Positions 18,573 to 27,247 of a DNA stretch of 64,000 nt are shown here, in pieces (position 1 is the stretch's first letter; each line of letters starts with the position of its first letter). The notes beneath the pieces are model-generated. The model did no database searches. It saw nothing but the letters and a program-made list of their open reading frames with translations, and was not told the origin of the DNA. Both the position numbers and the translations under genes were made by a program. Where the stretch lies: assembly GCA_026125665.1 (NCBI GenBank), contig JAHCKS010000015.1, positions 5,818-69,817 of the forward strand, in the 5' to 3' direction. The stretch is from Rubrivivax sp. (lineage in GTDB: Bacteria; Pseudomonadota; Gammaproteobacteria; Burkholderiales; Burkholderiaceae_C).

Positions 18573-19853
18573 TCAGGCCGGCGAGGGCAGCGCGGCCAGC
18601 CGCTCCGACGCCGGCGGGTGCGAGTAGTAGAAGCGCACGTACACCGGGTCGGGCGTCAGCGTCGAGGCGTTGTCCTCGTGCAGCTTCAGCAGCGCGCTGG
18701 CGAGGTCGCGGCCGTCGGCCTGCACGCACGCGTAGGCGTCGGCCTGGAACTCGTGCCGGCGCGACAGCTGCGCCACCCACGGCGTGACGAAGAGCGTGAA
18801 GGGCGGCAGGGCCAGCGTGAACAGCACCAGCGCCAGCGCGTCGTTGGGTGCATCGAGGTTGGGCACCACGCCCAGCCCGGCATAGAAGCCGCTCTGGCCG
18901 GCCAGCCAGCCGAGCAACGCCAGCCCGGCGAGGCTGAATGCGAAGATGCCGGCCATGCGCTTCCAGACATGCCGGTGCTTGAAGTGGCCGAGCTCGTGCG
19001 CGAGCACCGCCTCGACCTCCCCGGGTGTCAGCCGCGCCAGCAGCGTGTCGAAGAAGACCACGCGCTTGGCCGCACCGAGGCCCGTGAAGTACGCGTTGGC
19101 GTGCGCCGAACGGCGGCTGCCGTCCATCACGAACAGGCCCTTGGTGGCAAAGCCGCAGCGCTGCATCAGTGCGCGCACGCGCTCGCCCAGCGCCGCATCG
19201 GCCAGCGGCTCGAACTTGTTGAACAGCGGCGCGATGACGGTGGGGTAGAGCACCAGCAGCACGAGGTTGAAGGCGACCCACGCCAGCCAGGCCCAGAACC
19301 ACCAGGCCTGCCACCAGGCCCCGCCGGCCGTGCCCATGATCCACAGCACCAGCGCCGCCAGCGGCAAGCCGACGACGAGGCTGACCGCCAGGCCCTTCAG
19401 CAGGTCGGTGACCCACAGCCCGAGCGACATGCGGTTGAAGCCGAAACGCTGCTCGATGCGGAAGGTCTCGTACCAGCCGAGCGGCAGTTCGATCAGGGCT
19501 CCGATGAGCACGAAGGCCCCCAGCAGTGCCAGCTGGTAGACCATGGTGCCGAAGCGTGGCAGCACGAGATCGCGCACGGCGCCGTTCAGCGCGTCGAGCC
19601 CGCCAAGCAGCGTCCAGCCGAGCAGTACGGCCGTGCCGAACGCCGCGCCCAGCATGCCGAAGCGGACCTGCGCCAGCGTGTAGTCGGCCGCCTTGCGATG
19701 CGCTTCGGGCGACACCGTGCGGGCAAACGCGCCAGGCACCTCGTTGCGATGGCGCGCGACGTGCCGCACCTGGCGTGTCGCCAGCCAAAGCCGGGCCACG
19801 AACGAAGCCACGATGGCGGCGACGAACAGGCCGGTGAACCAGGATGCGCTCAT
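18573..19853 (-). CDS. M48 family (Ste24-like) membrane zinc metalloprotease
   Basis: DGSRRSAHANAYFTG, VLAHELGH, EFQAD, YSHP. Confidence 0.92.
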   Translation of the reverse strand: MSASWFTGLFVAAIVASFVARLWLATRQVRHVARHRNEVPGAFARTVSPEAHRKAADYTLAQVRFGMLGAAFGTAVLLGWTLLGGLDALNGAVRDLVLPRFGTMVYQLALLGAFVLIGALIELPLGWYETFRIEQRFGFNRMSLGLWVTDLLKGLAVSLVVGLPLAALVLWIMGTAGGAWWQAWWFWAWLAWVAFNLVLLVLYPTVIAPLFNKFEPLADAALGERVRALMQRCGFATKGLFVMDGSRRSAHANAYFTGLGAAKRVVFFDTLLARLTPGEVEAVLAHELGHFKHRHVWKRMAGIFAFSLAGLALLGWLAGQSGFYAGLGVVPNLDAPNDALALVLFTLALPPFTLFVTPWVAQLSRRHEFQADAYACVQADGRDLASALLKLHEDNASTLTPDPVYVRFYYSHPPASERLAALPSPA

Positions 19854-19912
19854 GGCCTGAAGTGTAGGTGCGCACCACGGCGGCCCCGGCGCATGCCGGA
19901 CAATGCCCGGCC

Positions 19913-20542
19913 ATGAACACGACCATCGGCACGACCATCGGCACGAGCATCGGCCCGATCGAACCGGGCGCCGCGGCGCCCCTCGCCACTCCGGCGCTGC
20001 CGCCGAGCGAGCACAACCTCGTCTGGATCGACCTCGAGATGACCGGCCTCGTGCCCGAGCGTGACCGCATCATCGAGATCGCCGTCGTCGTCACCGACCC
20101 GCAGGTCGGCGTGCGCGTGGAGGGCCCGGTGTTCGCCGTGCACCAGAGCGACGCCGTGCTCGATGGCATGGACGCCTGGAACAAGGGCACGCACGGCAAG
20201 AGCGGGCTGACCGATCGCGTGCGCGCTTCCACCGTCGACGAGGCAGCGGCCAGCGCGCGCGTGATCGAGTTCCTGCGCGCCTACGTGTCGGCCGGCAAGA
20301 GCCCGATGTGCGGCAACAGCATCTGCCAGGACCGCCGCTTCCTCGCCATCCACATGCCGGCGCTGGAGGCCTTTTTCCACTACCGCAACCTCGATGTCAG
20401 CACGCTGAAGGAACTGGCACGGCGCTGGAAGCCGGCCGTGCTCGACGGCTTTCGCAAGGCGCAGTCGCACACGGCGCTGGCGGACATCCACGAGTCGATC
20501 GACGAGCTGCTGTACTACCGGCGGCATCTGCTGCAGGCGTGA
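19913..20542 (+). CDS. orn: Oligoribonuclease
   Basis: [43 protein letters not shown]. Confidence 0.95.
   Translation: MNTTIGTTIGTSIGPIEPGAAAPLATPALPPSEHNLVWIDLEMTGLVPERDRIIEIAVVVTDPQVGVRVEGPVFAVHQSDAVLDGMDAWNKGTHGKSGLTDRVRASTVDEAAASARVIEFLRAYVSAGKSPMCGNSICQDRRFLAIHMPALEAFFHYRNLDVSTLKELARRWKPAVLDGFRKAQSHTALADIHESIDELLYYRRHLLQA
19918..19953 (+). repeat. 12-bp tandem repeat x3 in the orn 5' end
   Basis: CACGACCATCGG CACGACCATCGG CACGAGCATCGG, encoding [12 protein letters not shown]. Confidence 0.85.
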
Positions 20543-20569
20543 AACGGCCCGTCGCGCAGCGCCGGCGCG

Positions 20570-20603
20570 GTGTCACGAATCTGCCGTTTTGCCGTCATAA
20601 ACT
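20570..20603 (+). promoter_or_regulatory. Putative pho box (PhoB) plus -10 upstream of ppk1
   Basis: GTGTCAC-gaat-CTGCCGT (11-bp period, third unit CCGTCAT at 20592), then 10 bp, then TAAACT at 20598-20603. Confidence 0.6.
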
Positions 20604-20609
20604 GAGTAC

Positions 20610-22751
20610 ATGATCGACGCCGAGCGCGGCACCGAGATCGCGCCGGCGGCCGAGCCCGCGGCGGCGCCGCTGCCGCTGCTGGGCCGCGAGTCGTCCATCC
20701 TCGCCTTCAACCGGCGGGTGCTGGCGCAGGCGCGCCGCGCCGACGTGCCGCTGCTCGAGCGGCTGCGCTACGTCACCATCGTCTCGTCCAACCTGGACGA
20801 GTTCTTCGAGATCCGCGTTGCCGACCTGCTGTCGGCCCTGCGCGAGCCGGACAGCGGCGTCGGCCCCTCCGAACTGGAGACGGTGGCACAGGAGGCGCGC
20901 GCGCTCGTCGACGAGCAGTACGCGCTGCTCAACGACGTGCTGATGCCGGCGCTGCGCGCTGCCGGCATCGTCGTGCTCAACCACGCCGAGCGCGACGAGG
21001 CGCAGCGCGCCTGGGTGGCCGCGTTCTTCGAGCACGAGGTGCGGCCGCTGCTCGTTCCCGTGAGCCTCGACCCGAGCCACCCGTTTCCGCTGGTGGCGAA
21101 CAAGGCGCTGAACTTCATCGCGCGGCTGGACGGCCGCGACGCCTTCGGGCGCGAGAACCAGGTGGCCATCGTCAAGGTGCCGCGCGTGCTGCCGCGGGTC
21201 ATCGCGCTGCCGCGCGCCATCTGCGGCGGGCGCCAGGGCTTCGTGCTGCTGACCAGCGTCATCCGCGCCCACCTGGGCGAGCTGTTCCCCGGCCGCCAGG
21301 TGCTGGCGTTCTCGCAGTTCCGCGTGACGCGCGACTCCGACCTCGAGGTCGACGGCGACGACGTCACCAACCTGCGCCAGGCGTTGCGCACGCACCTCAC
21401 GCGCCGGCACTTCGGACAGGCCATCCGGCTGGAGGTGGTGTCGTCGTGCCCGCCCGAGCTTTCCGGCTTCCTGCTCGAGCAGTTCGCGCTGCCGCCGCTC
21501 GCCCTGTACAAGGTCAACGGCCCGGTGAACCTGGTGCGGCTGACGCAGCTCATCGACATGGCCGAGGCCGACGCGCTGCGGTTCCCGCCGTTCGAGCCGG
21601 CCTGGCCGGCGGCGCTGGCCCCCGACCGGCCGGTGATGGAGCAGCTGCGCGAGCGCCCGGGGCGCGACGTGCTGCTGCACCACCCGTTCGAGAGCTTCGA
21701 GCCGGTGATCGCCTTCCTGCGCGAGGCGGTGCACGACCCCGACGTGCTGGCCATCCGGCAGACGATCTACCGCACCGGCAGCGAGAGCGTGCTGATGGAC
21801 CTGCTGATCGAGGCGGCGCGGCGCGGCAAGGAGGTGCTCGTCGTCGTCGAGCTGAAGGCGCGCTTCGACGAGGAAGCCAACATCAACTGGGCCGAGCGGC
21901 TGGAGGCCGTGGGCGCGCAGGTCGTCTACGGCATCGTCGGGCTGAAGACGCACGCCAAGCTGCTGCTGGTGACGCGGCGCGAGCGCGAGCATGAGCATGA
22001 GCGTGAGCGCAGGGGCGCTGCGCGCGCGCAGCCCGAGGCGAAGCTGCGGCGCTACGTGCACCTGTCCACCGGCAACTACAACCCGCGCACGGCGCGCCTG
22101 TACACCGACATCGGCTGGTTCAGCACCGACCCCGGACTCGCCGCCGACGTCGAGGCCGTCTTCCTGCAGCTGGCCAGCCAGGCGCGCGTGCGCACGCCGC
22201 AGCACCTGGTGGCTGCGCCGTTCCAGCTGCACCGGCGGCTGCTCGCGCACCTGCGCCGCGTCGCCGAGGCGGCACGGGCCGGGCGGCCGGCGCGTGTGGT
22301 GGTGAAGGTGAACGCGCTCACCGACCCGGCGCTGATGAACGCGCTCGCCGAGGCCGGGCGCGCCGGCGCGCCCATCGACCTCGTCGTTCGCGGCGCGTGC
22401 ATGCTGCCGGCGGGCGTGCCCGGGGTCACGCCGAACATCCGCGTGCGCTCGATCGTCGGGCGCTTCCTCGAGCACACGCGGCTGTTCTACTTCCGCTGGG
22501 GCGAGGGCGACGACGACGAGGTCCTGTACCTCTCGAGTGCCGACTGGATGAGCCGCAACATGTTCCGGCGCATCGAGGTCGCCTGGCCGGTGCGCGACCC
22601 GGCGCTGCGCCAGCGCCTGGTCGACGAGGCGCTCGTGCCCTACCTGCGCGACGAGTGCGACGCCTGGGCGCTGCGCTCCGATGGGCGCTACGAGCGCTTG
22701 GCCGAGGCCGGCCTGAGCGCGCAGCGCGCGCTGCTGCAGCGCTACGGCTGA
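20610..22751 (+). CDS. ppk1: Polyphosphate kinase 1
   Basis: SSNLDEFFEIRV, HPFP, LLHHPFESF, VELKARFDEEANI, KTHAK, STGNYN, GRFLEH, SADWMSRN. Confidence 0.95.
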   Translation: MIDAERGTEIAPAAEPAAAPLPLLGRESSILAFNRRVLAQARRADVPLLERLRYVTIVSSNLDEFFEIRVADLLSALREPDSGVGPSELETVAQEARALVDEQYALLNDVLMPALRAAGIVVLNHAERDEAQRAWVAAFFEHEVRPLLVPVSLDPSHPFPLVANKALNFIARLDGRDAFGRENQVAIVKVPRVLPRVIALPRAICGGRQGFVLLTSVIRAHLGELFPGRQVLAFSQFRVTRDSDLEVDGDDVTNLRQALRTHLTRRHFGQAIRLEVVSSCPPELSGFLLEQFALPPLALYKVNGPVNLVRLTQLIDMAEADALRFPPFEPAWPAALAPDRPVMEQLRERPGRDVLLHHPFESFEPVIAFLREAVHDPDVLAIRQTIYRTGSESVLMDLLIEAARRGKEVLVVVELKARFDEEANINWAERLEAVGAQVVYGIVGLKTHAKLLLVTRREREHEHERERRGAARAQPEAKLRRYVHLSTGNYNPRTARLYTDIGWFSTDPGLAADVEAVFLQLASQARVRTPQHLVAAPFQLHRRLLAHLRRVAEAARAGRPARVVVKVNALTDPALMNALAEAGRAGAPIDLVVRGACMLPAGVPGVTPNIRVRSIVGRFLEHTRLFYFRWGEGDDDEVLYLSSADWMSRNMFRRIEVAWPVRDPALRQRLVDEALVPYLRDECDAWALRSDGRYERLAEAGLSAQRALLQRYG

Positions 22752-22871
22752 AAGGCCGGCCGTGGCGGGGCCGGCCGCGCCCGTGCGTGCGTTGCAGGCA
22801 GAATCGCGCTCGCTCGCGGGAAGGCTCGTCGAGGGGTTCTCTGAACGGAAGGCGCGATCAGCGCCGCAACG

Positions 22872-23705
22872 ATGACGCTGCTGTACATCATCCTGGCCAC
22901 GGCGCTCGGCGGCGCGGTGTCGGTGGCCATCGCCGCCACCCTCACGGTGGGGCTGCTCGGACGGGTCGTGAAGAACCTCGTCAGCCTGTCGGCCGGCGTG
23001 CTGCTGGCCACCGCGCTGCTGCAGGTGCTGCCCGAGGCCTTCGGCAGCATCGCCGGCGCCGCCGGCCACCAGCACGCGGGCGAGTCCGCCGGGCACCATC
23101 ACCCGACGCCCGCGGGCCTGTTCTCGGTGCTGCTGGGCGGGCTGCTCTTCTTCTGGCTGCTGGAGAAGGCCGAGCTGTACCGGCACGTTCACCACCACGA
23201 AGGCGACGGCCACGACCACCACGACCACTTCGACGCCCAGCAGGCCGGGCGCGGCGGCATGGCCGTGCTGGTGGGCGACGCCGTGCACAACTTCTGCGAC
23301 GGCGTGATCATCGCCGCAGCCTTTCTCACCGACCCGGCGCTGGGCGTGATCACGACGCTCGCCGTGGCGGCGCACGAGATCCCGCAGGAGGCGGGCGACT
23401 TCATCGTGCTGCTCAATGCCGGCTTCAGCCGGGCCCGCGCACTGGCCTTCAACCTGCTGTCGGGTGCGGCAGCAGTGGCCGGCGGCGTGCTCGGCTACTT
23501 CCTCGTCGGCCCGTTCCTGGGCCTGCTGCCGTACCTGCTGGTGGCCGCGTCGAGCAGCTTCATCTACGTGGCCGTCGCCGACCTGCTGCCGCAACTGCAG
23601 CAACGCCTGTCATGGCGCGAGACCGCCTGGCAGGTGGCGTGGCTCGTGGCCGGCCTCGCCCTGGTGCTGCTGGCGCGCGAGCTGCTGCACCAGCACGCGC
23701 ACTGA
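22872..23705 (+). CDS. ZIP family metal (Zn) transporter
   Basis: His-rich loop, GDAVHNFCDG, AHEIPQE.GDF. Confidence 0.9.
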   Translation: MTLLYIILATALGGAVSVAIAATLTVGLLGRVVKNLVSLSAGVLLATALLQVLPEAFGSIAGAAGHQHAGESAGHHHPTPAGLFSVLLGGLLFFWLLEKAELYRHVHHHEGDGHDHHDHFDAQQAGRGGMAVLVGDAVHNFCDGVIIAAAFLTDPALGVITTLAVAAHEIPQEAGDFIVLLNAGFSRARALAFNLLSGAAAVAGGVLGYFLVGPFLGLLPYLLVAASSSFIYVAVADLLPQLQQRLSWRETAWQVAWLVAGLALVLLARELLHQHAH

Positions 23706-23739
23706 GAGCGCCGTCGAGAGCGCCGTCGAGAGCGCGGTC
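23704..23739. repeat. 12-bp tandem repeat x3 filling the ZIP/USP convergent gap
   Basis: GAGAGCGCCGTC GAGAGCGCCGTC GAGAGCGCGGTC. Confidence 0.85.
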
Positions 23740-23740
23740 G

Positions 23741-24175
23741 CTAGCGCACGACCAGCACCGGCAACGTCGTGTGCGTCAGCACGCGCGAGGTCTCGCTGCC
23801 CAGCAGCAGCGCGGTCACGCCGCGCCGGCCGTGCGAGGCCATGACGATCAGGTCGCAGCCCTGGTTCTTGGCGTGGTCCAGGATCGCCTCCCAGGGGTGC
23901 ACGGCCTCCACCGTGTGCGCCTGGCAGGTCACGCCGGCGGCGCGCGCGGCGTCGGCCGCCGCCTGCACGCGCGCCGAGGCGATGCGCTCCTGGGCGTCGT
24001 AGAACTCCTGCGGCGGCACGGGCTGCATCTCGGAGATGGCGCTGTAGGGGAAGGGCTCCTTCACCGACAGCGCGCAGATCTCGGCCCCGGTCATCTTGGC
24101 CAGGGCGATGGCCGTCGTCAGCGCCTTCTCCGTGATCTCCGAGCCGTCGGTGGGGAAGAGGATGCGCTTGTACAT
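23741..24175 (-). CDS. Universal stress protein (UspA family)
   Basis: MYKRILFPTDGS...DLIVMASHGRRG...LLGSET..VL....PVLVVR. SD AAGGAG. Confidence 0.92.
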   Translation of the reverse strand: MYKRILFPTDGSEITEKALTTAIALAKMTGAEICALSVKEPFPYSAISEMQPVPPQEFYDAQERIASARVQAAADAARAAGVTCQAHTVEAVHPWEAILDHAKNQGCDLIVMASHGRRGVTALLLGSETSRVLTHTTLPVLVVR

Positions 24176-24272
24176 GCGGGCTCCTTCGTTGCACGGGCAG
24201 GCGCTATTTGACCGCGTCCGGGCAGCGCTGTCGCTCCGGCGGACCCCTGGGCGTTGATGCCCGTCAACTCCG

Positions 24273-25157
24273 TCAGCCGCGTGCCACCGGGCGCGCCGGG
24301 TCGGCGCACCACTCGCTCCACGAGCCCGGGTACAGCACCGCGCCGGGCAGGCCGGCATGCGCCATCGCCAGCAGGTTGTGGCAGGCCGTCACCCCGGAGC
24401 CGCATTGATGCACCACCGGACGGCTGCCGTTCGCGCCCAGCCGTTCGAACTCGGCCCGCAGCACGGCCGGCGCCTTGAAGCGGCCGTCGGCCTGCAGGTT
24501 CTCCTTGTGGAAGCGGTTCACGGCGCCGGGGATGCGCCCGGCCACCGGGTCGAGCGGCTCGACCTCGCCGCGGAAGCGCTCGGCCACGCGTGCGTCGACC
24601 AGCACCACCTCGTCGCGCCCGAGAGCGGTCCACAGGCGCTCGGCGTCGAACGCCGGCATGGCCGATGCCGCCGGCGCGGGATACGGCGGGCGGATCGTCA
24701 CCTCGGGGACCCGCGCTTCCATGGCCCCGCCCGCTTCGCGCCAGGCGGCCGTGCCGCCGTCGAGCACCGCCACGGCGTCATGCCCCAGCCAACGCAGCAG
24801 CCACCAGGCGCGCGCCGCGTAGACGCCGCCCTGCGCGTCGTAGGCGACGACCTGCGTCGTCGGGCCGATGCCCCAGCGGCCGACGCAGGCGGCGAAAGCG
24901 CCGCGCTCGGGCAGCGGGTGGCGGCCGTTGCGGCCGGTCTTGGCGCCGGAGAGGTCGCGGTCGAGGTGCGCGTAGCGCGCCCCGGGCAGGTGCCCCTGCG
25001 CGTAGGTGCGCTCGCCGGCTCCTGTATCGGCGAGGTCGAAGCCGCAGTCGAGCAGCACGAGGTCGGCCGGCTCGGCGAGGCGCCTGCGCAGCGCCTCGGC
25101 CGAGATCAGGGTGTGGCACGGTCCGCAGGCTGCTGTGTCGCCGCTGGTTGCGTTCAT
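24273..25157 (-). CDS. sseA: Tandem-rhodanese sulfurtransferase (SseA-like)
   Basis: GHLPGA, GRHPLP, AARAWW, GRIPGA, active site CGSGVTAC, LYPGSWSEW. Confidence 0.88.
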   Translation of the reverse strand: MNATSGDTAACGPCHTLISAEALRRRLAEPADLVLLDCGFDLADTGAGERTYAQGHLPGARYAHLDRDLSGAKTGRNGRHPLPERGAFAACVGRWGIGPTTQVVAYDAQGGVYAARAWWLLRWLGHDAVAVLDGGTAAWREAGGAMEARVPEVTIRPPYPAPAASAMPAFDAERLWTALGRDEVVLVDARVAERFRGEVEPLDPVAGRIPGAVNRFHKENLQADGRFKAPAVLRAEFERLGANGSRPVVHQCGSGVTACHNLLAMAHAGLPGAVLYPGSWSEWCADPARPVARG

Positions 25158-25295
25158 CGTTCCTCTCTTCTCTGCACTCCTGGAGCAGTGGCGCGCCGGT
25201 GGCTGCGTGCGGCCGCGGTTCAGCCCTCGCCCGATGGTGCCGGGCACACCATCGCCGGCGGTGCCGACAGCGCGCGCATTCCCGCCGGGGAGGAA

Positions 25296-25497
25296 GGCGC
25301 GCAAGTCCGAGGCCGCGGGGGGGCCACTCAGGGCATGGCACCCGAGGCGCGGTGGCGACGGTGGCATTCGCTCGGACTGTCGTCGTGTGTTCGGGTGCCA
25401 TGCCCTGAGTGGCCCCATGGCATCGGCCCGGCGCGCCGCGATCGTGGGCCGCCCACAGCTTGTTCGCGAACGCCGGGGGCGGGCATGGGCCCGGGTG
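25296..25497 (-). repeat. Long-hairpin repeat element, copy 1 (candidate ncRNA or non-autonomous element)
   Basis: Perfect 26-bp IR at 25320-45/25391-416 around a 45-nt core. Flanks align with the copy at 45058-45260. Confidence 0.85.
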
Positions 25498-25499
25498 AC

Positions 25500-26651
25500 T
25501 CAGAAGCTGCCCTCGGCCGGCAGGCGCATCTCGCGCCGGTACCACTCGTGGAAGTGCAGCATGCCGTCCTCCATCGGGCTCTGGTACGGGCCGACCTCGT
25601 TGTCGCCGCGCGCCAGCAGCGCGGCGCGGCCCTCGTCCATGCGCAGCGCGATCTCGTCGTCCTCGACGCAGGTCTCCATGTAGGCGGCCTGCTGGGCCTC
25701 GACGAACTCGCGCTCGAAGGCGGCGATCTCCTCCGGGTAGAAGAACTCCACCAGGTTGAGCGTCCTGCGCGGCCCGCGCGGGAACAGGGTCGAGACGACG
25801 AGGACGTGCGGGTACCACTCGACCATCACCGTCGGGTACAGCGTCAGCCACACGGCACCGTGCGATGGCGGCTTGCCGCCGCGGAAGTTCATCACCGCCG
25901 CGTGCCAGCGCTCGTACACCCTGGAGCCCGGCTTGCCGAGCGCGGCGTGCACGCCCACCGTCTGCACGGAGTGGTGCCGGCCGAACTCCCAGCGCAGGTC
26001 GTCGCAGGTGACGAACTGCCCCAGCCCCGGGTGGAAGGGGCCGACGTGATAGTCCTCCAGGTAGACCTCGATGAAGGTCTTCCAGTTGTAGTCGCACTCG
26101 TGCAGGTGGGCACGGTCGAAGACGTACCCGTCGAAGTCGAGCATGCCGCTCGTGGCGGCCGGCAGGCCGCCGTGCCCGCCGAGGTCGTCGGCGACACGCC
26201 GCCCGCCGCGGTCCTCGAACAGCAGGCCATGCCAGCGCTGCAGCGGGTAGTTGCGCAGGTTCAGGCACGGGTCGTGCTCGAAGTGCGGCGCGCCGGCCAG
26301 GCGGCCTTCGAGGTCGTAGGTCCAGCGGTGCAGCGGGCAGACGATGTGGCTGCGGCCTTCGCCGTTGCCGCGGCCGCGCAGCATCACCGCCTGGCGGTGC
26401 CGGCAGACGTTGGAGACGAGCGAGATGCCCCGTGGACCGGGTGCCGAGCGCACGAGGGCCCGCCCTTCGGCCTCCTGGGCCAGCGCCAGGTGGTCGCCGA
26501 CCTCGGGCAGCGCGAGCTCGTGCCCGAGGTAGTTTGGAGCGGACTGGAAGATCAGCTCCTGTTCCGCACGGAACAGGCCCTCGTCGAAGTAGCTGTGGAC
26601 GGGAAGCTGCGCCTTGGCGCGCGCGTCGAGAGGGATGCTGAGGTCCGACAT
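25500..26651 (-). CDS. Rieske non-heme iron oxygenase alpha subunit (possibly putrescine 2-hydroxylase)
   Basis: Rieske motif CRH...CPLH, mononuclear Fe motif NWK...EDYHVGPFH. Confidence 0.85.
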   Translation of the reverse strand: MSDLSIPLDARAKAQLPVHSYFDEGLFRAEQELIFQSAPNYLGHELALPEVGDHLALAQEAEGRALVRSAPGPRGISLVSNVCRHRQAVMLRGRGNGEGRSHIVCPLHRWTYDLEGRLAGAPHFEHDPCLNLRNYPLQRWHGLLFEDRGGRRVADDLGGHGGLPAATSGMLDFDGYVFDRAHLHECDYNWKTFIEVYLEDYHVGPFHPGLGQFVTCDDLRWEFGRHHSVQTVGVHAALGKPGSRVYERWHAAVMNFRGGKPPSHGAVWLTLYPTVMVEWYPHVLVVSTLFPRGPRRTLNLVEFFYPEEIAAFEREFVEAQQAAYMETCVEDDEIALRMDEGRAALLARGDNEVGPYQSPMEDGMLHFHEWYRREMRLPAEGSF

Positions 26652-26983
26652 GATCCGAACCGATCCTCCAGAGGTGTCGAAGGTTGCCCCGATCCTGCCC
26701 CCACCGCGGCGCCTTCGGCTTCTCGACGACGCCGGGATGCGGTGGCAGGCCATGTCGCGCCGCGCCGAGCCGACCCTGCCAGGCCGGCACGACGCAACGC
26801 GGGCGGGATTGTAGGGAGCGCCCCCTGCCCGTACGGCCGGCGGTGACGTCGGGGTTTGCGCTGCATCAGTGGGGCGCGGCTGCTGCGCCACACCCCGCCT
26901 CTCCGAGGGCACCAGGAGTCGAGCTCGGGGCCGGCGGAGAGTTCGATTGACTAGAATCCGCGCCTCACGTTTCACCCCTCGGA

Positions 26984-27247
26984 ATGGCCAGAAGCACCGC
27001 CGCCCCGCCCAGCCCTGCCCCTCGGGACGCCGACGCCGGTGATCCCCCGAGCTACGAACAGGCGCTGGCCGAGCTGGACCGGCTGGTCGAGCAGATGGAG
27101 CAGGGGCAGCTGCCGCTGGACCGCCTGCTCGACGACTACAGGCGCGGCGCGCAGTTGCTCGCCTGGTGTCGCGGGCGGCTGGAGGCCGTCGAGGCGCAGG
27201 TCAAGCTGCTCGAGGACGGGCAGCTGAAGCCCTGGAGCGGCGCGTGA
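26984..27247 (+). CDS. xseB: Exodeoxyribonuclease VII small subunit
   Basis: [23 protein letters not shown]...YRRG..L...C...L, in xseB-ispA-dxs order. Confidence 0.9.
   Translation: MARSTAAPPSPAPRDADAGDPPSYEQALAELDRLVEQMEQGQLPLDRLLDDYRRGAQLLAWCRGRLEAVEAQVKLLEDGQLKPWSGA

Noticed and set aside
18232-20232. 666-aa ORF ending in the PCD domain
   Set aside because: Only the last 108 aa are real. The rest is an alternative frame over the M48 peptidase and orn.
25296-25497. Hairpin element as 6S RNA, SRP RNA, tRNA or a riboswitch
   Set aside because: No central bubble, SRP loop, cloverleaf or aptamer consensus recognised, and it is multi-copy. An Rfam search is still needed.
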